64,000 bases of DNA from an uncultured delta proteobacterium (GTDB taxonomy: Bacteria; Desulfobacterota; Syntrophobacteria; BM002): NCBI GenBank assembly GCA_963712115.1, contig CAVQGX010000003.1, forward strand, positions 1-64,000, given 5' to 3'. A program made the translations under genes and the position numbers. The notes below the pieces were generated by a model, which was not told where the DNA came from, did no database searches, and saw only the letters and a program-made list of their open reading frames with translations. Positions 47,567 to 58,384 of this stretch are shown piece after piece; position 1 is the stretch's first letter, and every line of letters starts with the position of its first letter.

Positions 47567-48181
47567 ATGCATATATCTGAAGGAGTTCTTTCTCCACCCG
47601 TTCTTATAGTTGGGGCAGCCCTCACGGCAGCCGGAGTCGCCATTGGGTTGAAGAAGATGGACAACGAAAAGATCCCCCGGGTGGCGGTATTGACTGCAGC
47701 TTTTTTTGTGGCCTCCCTCATCCGGGTGCCCGTCGGCCCTTCTGCTGTGCATCTGGTTCTGAACGGCCTATTGGGAATTGTGCTCGGCTGGGCTGCCTTT
47801 CCTGCCATTCTAGTGGGGCTAGCTCTCCAAGCTCTTCTCTTCCAATTTGGAGGTCTGACTACCCTGGGAGTCAATACCTTTATCATGGCCATGCCCGCCA
47901 TCCTCTGCTATTACCTTTTCGGTCGATCCATAACCTCGAAACACCCAGGTGTGGCCACAGCCCTGGCTTTTGCTTGCGGCTTTTTCGCCATTTTGCTCAG
48001 TTCTCTATTATTGGCCATGTGTCTGATATTCACCGGCGAATCGTTTATGCAAGCAGCAAAGGTTCTTGTACTGGCCCATCTTCCTGTGATGTTTCTCGAA
48101 GGATTAGTAGTAGCTTTCTGCCTGGCATTCCTCATGAAAGTCAAACCCGAGCTCTTGGGAGTGACCCATGCTGCTGGCTAG
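47567..48181 (+). CDS. cbiM: Co/Ni ECF transporter S component CbiM/NikM
   Basis: MHISEG N-terminus; QALLFQFGGLTTLGVN. Confidence 0.92.
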   Translation: MHISEGVLSPPVLIVGAALTAAGVAIGLKKMDNEKIPRVAVLTAAFFVASLIRVPVGPSAVHLVLNGLLGIVLGWAAFPAILVGLALQALLFQFGGLTTLGVNTFIMAMPAILCYYLFGRSITSKHPGVATALAFACGFFAILLSSLLLAMCLIFTGESFMQAAKVLVLAHLPVMFLEGLVVAFCLAFLMKVKPELLGVTHAAG

Positions 48182-48782
48182 TTACCCCCGTCTCATTCGG
48201 GGTGCTACCTTAGTCATATCGGCTTTGGGAATAATCGCTTTTTTGACTCTGGCCTCCCAAGTCTGGGCCCACAAGGTCAACGTTTTCGCCTGGGTTGAAG
48301 GGGACATGGTTTTAGTGGAAGGTTATTACCCCGGTGGGAAAAAGGCGCAAAACTCGCTGGTGGAGGTATACAATAGTACCGGAGCCAAGCTCTTGGAAGG
48401 CAGAACAAACCAAAAGGGTGAGTTTTCCTTCAAAATACCTGCGAGGGAAGATCTGAGGATTGTTCTTACTGCCGGCATGGGCCATAAAAATGATTTCACC
48501 ATAACAGCCGGCGACCTTGGAGGATCGGAGCCATCTTCAGAGGAATCAGTTCCAAAAACAAGAGATAAAGTTGCAGCTCCTTCCTCAACAACTGTAGACA
48601 TGGACCAGTTGGAGTTAATGATCGATCAGGCTCTGGATCGAAAGCTCGAGCCGGTGATCAAGCTTATTCGTAATACCCGAAAAGAGGGACCTGGTGTTAC
48701 GGAAATAATTGGCGGCATAGGATATATTTTGGGCCTTTTTGGGTTGGTTATGTATTTCAAGAGCAGGAACAGAAGCAAGTAG
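48168..48782 (+). CDS. Ni/Co transporter accessory subunit (CbiL/NikL-like)
   Basis: AHKVNVFAW, GMGH and C-terminal TM IIGGIGYILG; operon context. Confidence 0.75.
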   Translation: MLLASYPRLIRGATLVISALGIIAFLTLASQVWAHKVNVFAWVEGDMVLVEGYYPGGKKAQNSLVEVYNSTGAKLLEGRTNQKGEFSFKIPAREDLRIVLTAGMGHKNDFTITAGDLGGSEPSSEESVPKTRDKVAAPSSTTVDMDQLELMIDQALDRKLEPVIKLIRNTRKEGPGVTEIIGGIGYILGLFGLVMYFKSRNRSK

Positions 48783-48885
48783 TCAGTAGTCAGTAGTCAG
48801 TAGGGGGGAAGATTGTAATAATGGGTTAGGTGATACCCCCTAGTTTAGCTGAAAGCTGACGGCTGATAGCTGACAGCTAAGAAAA

Positions 48886-49644
48886 ATGCATATTGACAAC
48901 TTCGCCACGGGAGATTCCCTTCTCCACCGTCTTGACCCCCGAATTAAAATAGTCGTAGCCGTGCTTTTCTCCGTAATTGTCGCAGTAGCTGACAGGCCCC
49001 TTTGCCTGGCAGCGGCTATTTGCTTTTCCCTCGCTTTGTTGCTCATCGCCCGCCTATCCTTAAGAGAAGTTTTCTTGCGACTTTTAGTGGTCAACGCTTT
49101 TATTTTTTTCCTCTGGCTTTTTTTGCCCTTTACCTATGGTGGGGAAAAGCTTTTCAGTATCGGTCCTCTAGATGCCACCCGGGAAGGGATCATCTACGCT
49201 CTCCAAATAACGGTCAAATCTAACACCATCGTTGTCGCCCTAATCGCGCTCCTTGCCACTACCCCGATTATTACCCTGGGACATGCCTTGGGCCACCTAT
49301 ACGTGCCGCAAAAGCTGATTCATCTGCTATTTTTTACCGTCCGCTACCTCCAAGTCCTTCATTTGGAATATGATCGGCTGCGCGCCGCCATGCGGATTAG
49401 AGCTTTCAAGCCAGGCACCAATTTGCATACCTATAGAAGTTTCGCATACCTCATCGGCATGCTGTTAATCAAAAGCTTCGATCGAGCTGACCGCATCCGC
49501 AAGGCCATGCTCTGTCGAGGATTTCATGGAGAATTTTATCTCCTCAGCCATTTCGACCTGCAAAAAATCGACGTTGTCATGCTCTTGATCATGATGCTCG
49601 TCGTAGGTGGCATGGCATCGTTGCAATGGATAATTCTGAAGTAA
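48886..49644 (+). CDS. cbiQ: ECF transporter T component CbiQ
   Basis: LHRLDPRIK, AMRIRAF and AMLCRGF. Confidence 0.92.
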   Translation: MHIDNFATGDSLLHRLDPRIKIVVAVLFSVIVAVADRPLCLAAAICFSLALLLIARLSLREVFLRLLVVNAFIFFLWLFLPFTYGGEKLFSIGPLDATREGIIYALQITVKSNTIVVALIALLATTPIITLGHALGHLYVPQKLIHLLFFTVRYLQVLHLEYDRLRAAMRIRAFKPGTNLHTYRSFAYLIGMLLIKSFDRADRIRKAMLCRGFHGEFYLLSHFDLQKIDVVMLLIMMLVVGGMASLQWIILK

Positions 49645-50300
49645 TCATAGACCTAAGAGGGGTCTCCTTCGACTACCACGGCAACCAGTCCCAGTGGCCG
49701 GTGCTCGATGAGCTTAATTTGCAGATAGGCCGTGGTGACCGGGTTGGTTTAATTGGCCCCAACGGCAGTGGCAAGACCACTCTTTTTCACCTTCTTATGG
49801 GTCTGCTACGACCCACTAAGGGTGAAATAGTAGTGTTCGGCAAAAAACGTCAACAGGAAAAGGATTTTAGAGAGGTGAGGGAAAAAATCGGCTTGCTTTT
49901 TCAGGATTCCGACGATCAGCTCTTTTGCCCGACAGTAGCGGAAGACGTGGCCTTTGGTCCACTCAATCTTGGCAAGAGCCAAGAGGAGGCCCTGGAAATT
50001 ACCCGCCAGGTGCTTGAGCGTTTGGCCCTCGAGGAATTCGAGAACCGTCTGACTTATAAGTTGTCCGGGGGAGAAAAAAGGCTAATCTCACTGGCAACAG
50101 TCCTGGCCATGCAACCCGAGGTTCTAGTTCTGGACGAGCCCACTACCGGGCTGGACGAAGACACGGTGGAAAGGCTCATCCAAATACTCAGAAGTTCCGA
50201 TTTAACCTACCTGATTGCCTCCCACAATAGGGATTTCCTCTCCAAGACCACCGACATTGTCTACCATTTGGGGCGGGGCAAGCTAGAACGTAGCCCCTGA
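49626..50300 (+). CDS. cbiO: ECF transporter ATPase CbiO
   Basis: GPNGSGKT, FQDSDDQLF, DVAFGPLN and LSGGEK. Confidence 0.9.
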   Translation: MDNSEVIIDLRGVSFDYHGNQSQWPVLDELNLQIGRGDRVGLIGPNGSGKTTLFHLLMGLLRPTKGEIVVFGKKRQQEKDFREVREKIGLLFQDSDDQLFCPTVAEDVAFGPLNLGKSQEEALEITRQVLERLALEEFENRLTYKLSGGEKRLISLATVLAMQPEVLVLDEPTTGLDEDTVERLIQILRSSDLTYLIASHNRDFLSKTTDIVYHLGRGKLERSP

Positions 50301-50302
50301 TC

Positions 50303-50416
50303 CACCAGCAAGGTATCATCTGCGGCGTTGCCTTCGATCGCTCCTCCTTGCGGCGTATTGCCCCATACGCCTCAGTCGTCGCTCCTCGGCGCCTTGCATC
50401 TAATACCTTGCTGGTG
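50303..50416. mobile_element. REP/MITE-like element with 14-bp terminal inverted repeats
   Basis: CACCAGCAAGGTAT / ATACCTTGCTGGTG; internal GGCGTA..TACGCC hairpin. Confidence 0.6.
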
Positions 50417-50538
50417 ATCAGGAATACTCCATAAGCCGCTGATATCAGTCCTGATAACTAAATTAGACGGTGGATTTGGGTAGCCTGGATCTTTGATGAA
50501 TCCGACAGGTCCGTTGGGTTTGCAACATTAGGGTCCCG

Positions 50539-51636
50539 TTAAGAGATAGTTAATTCTTCTATGGGCGCGGCCTTCTGGTGCAGCCACGCCAAGAATAATT
50601 GATAGCCCACCACAAAAACGATTGCACCGATGAAGAGGCCGATGATGCCCGAGTTTATGAATCCACCGATCGCTCCAATGAAAACAATGACCATGGGCAC
50701 CTGAACACCACGGCCCAATAAGATGGGCTTCAGGAAGTTGTCACATAGACCGACAAAGACACTCCAAATTGCAAACAACACTGCAGTAACCATACTTGCA
50801 GTGGAGAATACATAGATAACAATCGGTCCCAGGACCAAGAGAGTGGGAAGCTGGGCCACGGCAACAATCAGCACCAGCAAGGCCCAAAGCCCCGCCCCTG
50901 GCACGCCGGCCGCAAGACAACCGACTCCCGCAAGAAGCGACTGGATGACGGCGACCCCTATAATACCTTTGACTACGCTGCGGAGCGTTGAGCCCGCAAG
51001 ACCGACAAGCTCTACTCCCTGCTCACCCGCAAGTCGCGTACCTATGGATTTTGCCGCCTCATAACCGGAGTCGGCTTTTGTCAGAAAAATACCTGCAATG
51101 AAGATAGAAACGATAAACTTCAGGACTCCTACCCCGGTACGCGCGGTATTCGCTAGAAGCCATTGGCTGAATGCTTTTAGTTGAGGGGTGAACCTGCTCA
51201 GGGCGGCTGCGAGGTTAACCGAGGCAAGCCTCCAGGCCTGATGCAGCGGTTTACCGATAATCGGCCAGCTCTTGACGCTTTGAGGGGCTGGCGGAACCGC
51301 CAATGTTCCTTCTTTGATTTTAAACGACAACTCCTTGGCCCCGTCAATCAGGGTTCCAGAAAGCATAACACCTACGATGATGACCAGGACCAGGGCAAAG
51401 AGTGTGATTAAGGCCGCTGCCAGCTTGCCACGACCGCCGAGGGCAGATTGTATCTTGCGGTGGATGGGACGGAGGGCAACAGCAATAATGATGCCCCAGA
51501 GGATAATCTGAATAAAGGGGCGGCCAATCTTGAAGCACCAAATTATCAGCAAGCCGACGACGCCGATACGAATGAAGGCCTCAAGCGCATTGGCAACAAA
51601 GGTTCCCTGGTTGGATGTTTGAGTGGAATTTGTCAT
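50539..51636 (-). CDS. AI-2E family transporter
   Basis: Multi-TM; DNFLKPILLGRG..GAIGG. Confidence 0.9.
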   Translation of the reverse strand: MTNSTQTSNQGTFVANALEAFIRIGVVGLLIIWCFKIGRPFIQIILWGIIIAVALRPIHRKIQSALGGRGKLAAALITLFALVLVIIVGVMLSGTLIDGAKELSFKIKEGTLAVPPAPQSVKSWPIIGKPLHQAWRLASVNLAAALSRFTPQLKAFSQWLLANTARTGVGVLKFIVSIFIAGIFLTKADSGYEAAKSIGTRLAGEQGVELVGLAGSTLRSVVKGIIGVAVIQSLLAGVGCLAAGVPGAGLWALLVLIVAVAQLPTLLVLGPIVIYVFSTASMVTAVLFAIWSVFVGLCDNFLKPILLGRGVQVPMVIVFIGAIGGFINSGIIGLFIGAIVFVVGYQLFLAWLHQKAAPIEELTIS

Positions 51637-51811
51637 GATGCCGTCCTCCCGTCTTCAATTGAAATCATCAGGCTTTTTAGCAATGCGGCTGCGAGCCCTT
51701 GGCAATCTAGTCCATGAAATCCAATATAAGGCACTATAGCTAATAGTAAATTCTATTAGGGAAAAGAGAAGAGGGTAAAGGACAGAGGGCAAGATGGGGC
51801 GTTAGATACGG

Positions 51812-52672
51812 TTAATCTAATAAAGCTGCTAAAACTTTGTCTTTCTGAGCCCATAGTGCATTTAGCCAATCCCTGAATCTCTTACGGAATTCCCTGTCTT
51901 GAAAATAATCCCCGGATACCTCTTTGTCGATTGGCAACGATTCCACTCTTACCTTGATTTCACTAACTTCACCGCAGAGGAAGGCCCAAAAACCCTTGGC
52001 ACCTTCTGGATAGGCGATGGTTACGTCCAGGATAGAGTGCAACTGCTCTCCCATGGTAGCAAGTACCAGAGCAATACCGCCGGCCTTGGGTTTTAGTAGA
52101 TGGGAATAGGGTGAATGTTGTTCACTGTGCTTTTCCATGGTGAAGCGCGTTCCCTCCACAAAGTTCATTATGGACACTGGAACTGTCCTAAATTTTTCGC
52201 ACGCTTTCTTTGTGGTTTCTATGTCTTTAAGGGTTGAGGATGAACGCTCCAGGAAAGGATAATCCAATGCCCACCAGGCAAGTCCCAGAACCGGCACCCA
52301 AAATAACTCCTTCTTCAGGAAGAATTTCAAGAAAGGGATCTTCCGAAAAAAGATTTTTTGCATAACCAGGATGTCTACCCAGGTCTGATGGTTGGCCAGC
52401 ACCAGATACCATCTGTTGGGTTCCAGCTTGTCCGTACCACTAACGTCCCAGCGGATTTCATTGAATAGCCTCGTGTTACAATTGTTGAAAAAAATCCAAA
52501 TGGTGCCTATGCCATCCATTGCTCTGCTACAGAGCTCGCGCCAACCAGTCACCGGTAATGACAGTTTCAAAAGCGCTACCACAAACAGCACCATCGACCA
52601 GAAAATTGTGTTGATCGCATAGAGAAGGAATAACAACACCCCGCGGACAGGACCTGGTAAAAAACTTAGCAT
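51812..52672 (-). CDS. PlsC-family acyltransferase (YihG-like)
   Basis: NHQTWVD, FFLKKEL, FVEGTRF and LLKPKAGG. Confidence 0.9.
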   Translation of the reverse strand: MLSFLPGPVRGVLLFLLYAINTIFWSMVLFVVALLKLSLPVTGWRELCSRAMDGIGTIWIFFNNCNTRLFNEIRWDVSGTDKLEPNRWYLVLANHQTWVDILVMQKIFFRKIPFLKFFLKKELFWVPVLGLAWWALDYPFLERSSSTLKDIETTKKACEKFRTVPVSIMNFVEGTRFTMEKHSEQHSPYSHLLKPKAGGIALVLATMGEQLHSILDVTIAYPEGAKGFWAFLCGEVSEIKVRVESLPIDKEVSGDYFQDREFRKRFRDWLNALWAQKDKVLAALLD

Positions 52673-52970
52673 TGACTCCTCGGCTAACTCTAAAAGTCAG
52701 AATGGATGGAAGGTCCAGCTATTGTCCTCCAGGATCTTCTAGATGGACACTAGCGAATTCACTTGTATCACATTCACCGGTGGCAACAAAGCAAGTTCCC
52801 CTTCACGCCCCTGCAGCGCCCATTTTAAAAAATTTACAAATATCTTCCCCGGTATAAATTTCCCCAGCTCAAGCTGTTAAAATATCATCTTTGCGCTCTT
52901 CATCAAAGGACCTTATGTGGCCGGTGGTCGGATATTGACCCGACGAGATTCTCTGTTTATGCTAATTACT

Positions 52971-53003
52971 GTCCAGCCGGAAATCGAAGATTTCCGGCTG
53001 GAG
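52971..53003. repeat. palindromic hairpin
   Basis: TCCAGCCGGAAATC-gaa-GATTTCCGGCTGGA; related hairpin near 53087-53110. Confidence 0.6.
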
Positions 53004-53166
53004 CTGTCAGTGTTCAGCAGTCAGCACTGAGCTTCAATTTTTGGATTTATTCTTATTCCGCTGAATGGTAATCGCTGATTGCGCAAGTCCGAAAAACGTC
53101 TTTTTCGGATGAGCACTAAGTACCCACCTTTTTGTTAGACTACATTTTTGGCTTAACAATCACGGG

Positions 53167-53802
53167 ATGAAGAAAATGAGCGCGAACCGAATCGTCCTTC
53201 TCAGCTTCATTTTCCTCCTGTCTACTGGCTTCACCACCCTTTCCGTCCAGCCTCCTACCATCGAACCAGATCTAAAACAACTCTTGAGCGGAGAACCTTT
53301 CATCTACAGAATCGAACCGGAAGCAAGAGGTGGCGAGGCCTACAAGCTTGTTTACATTGTGCCGGTCCCGATTGAGATTTTCTGGAGGTTCAAGACAGAT
53401 TTTCATGGCCCTTTCGTCGAGACCAACAAGTACATAAAAGAGCAAAGAGTAATCCGAGAAGACCAAAATTTGGTCATTATAGAGAACAGGTTGTCCAATA
53501 AACCAGATTCAAGATTCAGATGGCGGAACATACTCTATCCCAGTAAATATCGTCTGGATTTTGTCCTAGAAAACCCAGAACAATGCGGGCAGAGATTTCA
53601 CTACGGCCGCATCCAACTCGAACCCGTAGGCAACTACACCAAAGTCACCCACGCGGCCTACTTTGATTTCTTTGGCTCTTCCCTTTGGGCGCAATATCCG
53701 TGGGAGGGTGGGATGCAACCATTCTTGGATTACATTGCCAGGTGGGAACAGAAGACTATTCTGCAACTTAAGCAGAATTACCAGGGCAAATCCGCAGATT
53801 GA
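53167..53802 (+). CDS. exported hypothetical protein (possibly START/SRPBCC-like)
   Basis: Signal peptide; 211-aa ORF. Confidence 0.7.
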   Translation: MKKMSANRIVLLSFIFLLSTGFTTLSVQPPTIEPDLKQLLSGEPFIYRIEPEARGGEAYKLVYIVPVPIEIFWRFKTDFHGPFVETNKYIKEQRVIREDQNLVIIENRLSNKPDSRFRWRNILYPSKYRLDFVLENPEQCGQRFHYGRIQLEPVGNYTKVTHAAYFDFFGSSLWAQYPWEGGMQPFLDYIARWEQKTILQLKQNYQGKSAD

Positions 53803-54119
53803 AACCATGGATCAATATTTGTCAATACAGCCTCACCCAATCCAAGGACTTCCGGTTTTTTCTCCCTTGACATTCTCAGCCCGCCTTTGTTATTCTAATC
53901 CGAATCAAAACTATTCTAATAATTCTCAACATTTATCTACAACAATTGTCTGCTATTTATGCAGCCGTTGCAAATTATTCCAGGTGAGTTTGATCCATTC
54001 TCTGTCTTTTAAGGGCCGCAGATATTGCCTTTGAAGGTAACATGGGATATCGTTTAGTACCTCACAATTTATGCCAACCATCCTTAGTCAACTAGTCTAG
54101 TCGAGGAGCCATTTGTAAG

Positions 54120-57062
54120 GTGGACCGGAGAACCTTCCTGAAGATTGCCGGTGTTGGGGGGCTCTCGTTTGCCGCTGGTTGCACTTCTCAACCTGCGAAG
54201 ACCCTTTACTCTCTGGTACAGGCCCCGGATGACATGGTAACGGGCAAGGCCACTTGGTATGCCTCAACTTGCCGTGAGTGTCCGGCCGGTTGTGGCGTCC
54301 TGGTCAAAAACAGGGAGGGCAGGACCGTCAAGGTTGAGGGCAATCCCCTGCATCCCATCAACCATGGTAGGCTCTGCATGCGCGGCCAGGCCGCCCTCCA
54401 GGGAATTTACAACCCCGACAGAATCAAGACTCCCCTCCTGAAAGAAGGTGGCAAGTACCGCTCGATCACCTATGCCGAAGCTGAAGCTTTGTTGTACGCC
54501 AAGGCTCAAGATGCGGCCAAGAAAGGAAGGGGCAGAGTCCGCATTGTCACTGAGACTGTGGGAGCAAGCCTCCTCAAAGTAATGGGCGAGTCTCTGGACA
54601 ATTGGGGTTCCAGCGAACCGCTAATCTTTGAGCCTTACGGTTATGAAGCTTTGAAGGAAGCGAATTTGCAGGTCTTCGGCCTTGAAGGGTTGCCTTCCTA
54701 CTTACTGGACAAGGCAGATTTCCTCTTATCCTTCGGTGCGGATTTTGTGGAAACATGGCTTTCTCCAGTGGAGTATGCCCGAAAATTTAAAGAAATGCAT
54801 GGGTTGAAAGAGGGCACTAAATCCCTATTTTTCCACGTAAGCCCTTACCAGTCCACAACCGGCGCTAATGCAGATTTATGGTTCTCCTGTGCGCCCGACA
54901 GCGAATATGCAATAGCCCTCGGACTCTTGCGGGAAAGCGTGCGCCACGGCAAAGTCAGTTCATTGTCCGAGAATATTCGAGCTGCCATCGAAGAAATCTC
55001 AGCACCCTACACTAGTGACAAGGTCTCCGAGCTTTCTGGTCTACCACCGGAACTTTTGCATAAGCTTTACGTCCATCTCCACACGGCGCGGAGACCTCTC
55101 ATCCTTGGCACCTCCACAGGAGTATCTGGAGCTTCCAGCCTGCAAACCAACATTGCTGCCAATCTCCTCAATTTGGTTTTCGATCCCGCTCTCAGCCTCA
55201 TCGACTTCGGCAACCGGCAAAGAGTCGAGCTGGCGGCCAGAAGGTCGGAAGTTCAGAGATTTTTCAGCGAGCTCGACAGTGGTGACGTGCATCTCCTTTT
55301 ATTGAACAACGTCAACCCCGTTTATGCTTTACCTCAGGAAAGCGGTGTCAGGGAGGCATTGAATAGGGACAATTTATTTGTTGTTAGTTTTAGCAATTTC
55401 ATGGATGAAACCTCTGAACTGGCCGACCTTATTCTGCCGGTCCGCCTTCCCTTGGAGACCTGGGACGAGTACGGAGGGAAGGTTGGAATGGTTTCAACCT
55501 TGCAGCCAACCATGGGTAGCCTGTCCGGGGCGCCAAACTTTGGCGATTTGTTGCTTCGGGTTGGTTTTGGCCCGCAGCGGCCTTATGAAAACTTTCAGGC
55601 TTACCTTTTCGCCCAGCTCAGCCTAAATGGAACTATCCAGGATAAAAGAGATTGGCTTCAGGCCTTACAAAACGGTGGGCTATTCGACCTTGAGAGCCGA
55701 AAGGGTAAACCTGGGCTGACCCTTTCAAGCAAATTTCAGTCAGTTTTTACTGCTCCTCCCATGCCAAAAAAAGCCGAATTAGTTCTCCTTACAATTCCAT
55801 CCATCCGTTTCTTTGATGGCAGGGGTGCCAACAAACCTTGGCTTTGTGAGGTACCGGACACCTTAACTCAGGTCGCCTGGCAGACTCCCATCTTGTTGCA
55901 CCCCGAAACTTTGGCTGGAAGAGGTCTGAAACAGGGCGATATTGTCCAGGTAGAATCGCGCTGGGGCCGGCTAGAGGCTCCTGTCTATGAATCCTCTAGC
56001 GTTCATTCTACTGTGGCTGTCATGGCCATCGGGCAGGGTCATACCGCTTATGGGCGCTATGCAGAAGGCCAAGGGTTGAATCCCGTGGCCCTTTTGCCTC
56101 CCGAATTGGAACCTAGGTCCGGCGCTCCCTTCTTCACCGCCGGACCTATTGCTCTCAAAAACACTGGTCGCTCCATAAAGTTGGCCCACACCGATGGAAG
56201 TCGATTGCAACATGAAAGAAAAATTGCCCTCTCGGTGAACTTAAAAAACCTGAATTACACTGAACCTCATGAGGAGCACGGTCTGTCCATGTGGGAGTAC
56301 CCCCTGGTGCTCCCCTTGCCCGAGGCCTATGACCGAAAAACCAGGGATATCTATCCTCCTCACGAACACCAGGATTATCGCTGGGCCATGGTGGTGGATA
56401 TGGACAGATGCGTGGGCTGCTCTGCTTGCGCCGTCGCCTGTTATGCCGAAAACAATCTTGGGGTTGTAGGAGAGGATAGAGTTACTGAGGGCAGAGAAAT
56501 GGCCTGGCTCCAGATCCAGCGTTATGAAGATCCTGAGGCTCGAGAAAAACTCACCTTTATTCCCATGCTCTGCCAGCACTGCGACAATGCTCCCTGTGAG
56601 TCGGTGTGTCCCGTCTACGCCCCACACCACTCTAAGGAAGGAATTAACAACCAGATTTACAACCGCTGCATCGGCACCCGTTTTTGCTCTCAAAATTGTC
56701 CTTACAAGGTGAGGAGATTTAATTGGTACTTATGGGAATGGCCGAAGCCGCTCAACTTGCAACTCAATCCGGACGTTACCGTGCGTACTAAAGGTGTCAT
56801 GGAAAAATGTTCATTTTGTATCCAGCGAATTAAAGAGGCTCACAACAGGGCCAAAAATGAGGGAAGGAAAATATTGGACGGTGAGATTCAACCCGCCTGT
56901 CTGCAGACCTGCCCTACCGGGGTTTTTACCTTTGGAAATCTCATGGATAAGGAAAGCGAAGTAAGGAAAAAAGTCGAGGACAAGAGAGCATACCAGGTGA
57001 TGGGATATCTCAACACCAAACCTGCGGTGATCTATTTAAAGAAGGTGGTGCAGGAAATATGA
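54120..57062 (+). CDS. actB: alternative complex III ActB-like (molybdopterin oxidoreductase-like plus 4Fe-4S domain)
   Basis: Tat motif DRRTFLK; CRECPAGC; C-terminal CVGCSACAVAC, CQHCDNAPCESVCP, CIGTRFCSQNCP and GVMEKCSFC. Confidence 0.88.
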   Translation: MDRRTFLKIAGVGGLSFAAGCTSQPAKTLYSLVQAPDDMVTGKATWYASTCRECPAGCGVLVKNREGRTVKVEGNPLHPINHGRLCMRGQAALQGIYNPDRIKTPLLKEGGKYRSITYAEAEALLYAKAQDAAKKGRGRVRIVTETVGASLLKVMGESLDNWGSSEPLIFEPYGYEALKEANLQVFGLEGLPSYLLDKADFLLSFGADFVETWLSPVEYARKFKEMHGLKEGTKSLFFHVSPYQSTTGANADLWFSCAPDSEYAIALGLLRESVRHGKVSSLSENIRAAIEEISAPYTSDKVSELSGLPPELLHKLYVHLHTARRPLILGTSTGVSGASSLQTNIAANLLNLVFDPALSLIDFGNRQRVELAARRSEVQRFFSELDSGDVHLLLLNNVNPVYALPQESGVREALNRDNLFVVSFSNFMDETSELADLILPVRLPLETWDEYGGKVGMVSTLQPTMGSLSGAPNFGDLLLRVGFGPQRPYENFQAYLFAQLSLNGTIQDKRDWLQALQNGGLFDLESRKGKPGLTLSSKFQSVFTAPPMPKKAELVLLTIPSIRFFDGRGANKPWLCEVPDTLTQVAWQTPILLHPETLAGRGLKQGDIVQVESRWGRLEAPVYESSSVHSTVAVMAIGQGHTAYGRYAEGQGLNPVALLPPELEPRSGAPFFTAGPIALKNTGRSIKLAHTDGSRLQHERKIALSVNLKNLNYTEPHEEHGLSMWEYPLVLPLPEAYDRKTRDIYPPHEHQDYRWAMVVDMDRCVGCSACAVACYAENNLGVVGEDRVTEGREMAWLQIQRYEDPEAREKLTFIPMLCQHCDNAPCESVCPVYAPHHSKEGINNQIYNRCIGTRFCSQNCPYKVRRFNWYLWEWPKPLNLQLNPDVTVRTKGVMEKCSFCIQRIKEAHNRAKNEGRKILDGEIQPACLQTCPTGVFTFGNLMDKESEVRKKVEDKRAYQVMGYLNTKPAVIYLKKVVQEI

Positions 57063-58384
57063 GTGAGGCGCCCCAGCTCACATACGGCGAGATCGACCGA
57101 ACCGTACTAGACACCTTGAGGCCCCCTTCAGGAGGCTATTGGCTGGTCGTCATGGTGCTCATCCTGGGGGTGCTTGTAGGAGCTGCGTGCTGGGCCTATC
57201 AGATTTTTATCGGTATCGGCGCAGGTGGGCAGAATATTCCCGTTGCCTGGGGTACCTACCTAATCAATTTCGTATTCTGGGTAGGTATTGCCCATTCGGG
57301 AACACTCATATCCGCCATCCTCCACCTCATGCGAGCTGGATGGCGCAATCCCATAGCCAGGGCAGCGGAGACCATGACCGTCTTCGCCGTCTCCATTGCA
57401 GGCCTTTTTCCCTTCATTCACCTGGGACGTGTCTGGCTGGTGTACTACATGCTTCCCTACCCCAACCAGCGCTACCTCTGGCCCAACTTCCAATCTCCCC
57501 TGGTCTTCGACGTGGTGGCCATCAGTACCTACCTGACGGTGAGTAGTCTGTTCTGGTACACGGGTCTGCTCCCTGACCTTGCTGCAGTGCGCGATCGCGC
57601 CACAGGATTGCGCCAGAAGATTTTTACCATCCTCTCCCTGGGCTGGACCGGCAAACATGAGCAGTGGCGGCACTACACCAGAGGCTACCTCTTTTTTGCC
57701 GCTCTGGCCACCCCGCTGGTGGTCTCAGTTCACAGTGTGGTTTCCTGGGACTTTGCTCTCAGTACTGTTCCGGGTTGGCACAGTACCATCTTCGCTCCCT
57801 ACTTTGTCGCCGGCGCCATCCATTCGGGACTCGCCATGGTTTTAACCCTGATGATCCCCCTGAGGAAAATCTTCCACTACGAGAGAATCGTCACCATGAA
57901 GATACTGGAAGCCGTGGCCAAGACCATCATCTTTACCGGCCTGATTGTGGGATACGCCTATGGGATTGAATACTTTTTATCCTGGTACAGCAACAATATT
58001 GTGGAGCAGGAAGCCTTCCGTTGGCGGGCCCTTGGTGATTACAGCCTGGAATTCTGGATCATGGTGGTGTGTAACAGCATGGTTCCGCTGCTGTTTTTCT
58101 TTAAGAGAATTCGTACCAGCATCGCCTGGCTTTTCTCCATCTCGATTCTGATTAACATAGGCATGTGGTACGAGCGTTTCGTCATCATCATCGGCAGCGT
58201 GGCTCACGACTTCATCCCGCATGCGTGGGGACTGTACTGGCCGTCCGGTATTGAATGGGGAATCATGATCGGCAGCTTCTCGTTGTTTTTCCTTTTCTTT
58301 GTGCTGTTTGTCAAACACCTGCCCTCCATCTCTATGACGGAGATGAAGGAGACTCTGGATCATGGAGGGAGCCATGGCGACTGA
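57059..58384 (+). CDS. nrfD: NrfD-family quinol-oxidising subunit (ActC)
   Basis: NFVFWVGIAHSGTLISA, HLGR, SVHSVVSWDFA and GMWYERF. Confidence 0.92.
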   Translation: MSEAPQLTYGEIDRTVLDTLRPPSGGYWLVVMVLILGVLVGAACWAYQIFIGIGAGGQNIPVAWGTYLINFVFWVGIAHSGTLISAILHLMRAGWRNPIARAAETMTVFAVSIAGLFPFIHLGRVWLVYYMLPYPNQRYLWPNFQSPLVFDVVAISTYLTVSSLFWYTGLLPDLAAVRDRATGLRQKIFTILSLGWTGKHEQWRHYTRGYLFFAALATPLVVSVHSVVSWDFALSTVPGWHSTIFAPYFVAGAIHSGLAMVLTLMIPLRKIFHYERIVTMKILEAVAKTIIFTGLIVGYAYGIEYFLSWYSNNIVEQEAFRWRALGDYSLEFWIMVVCNSMVPLLFFFKRIRTSIAWLFSISILINIGMWYERFVIIIGSVAHDFIPHAWGLYWPSGIEWGIMIGSFSLFFLFFVLFVKHLPSISMTEMKETLDHGGSHGD

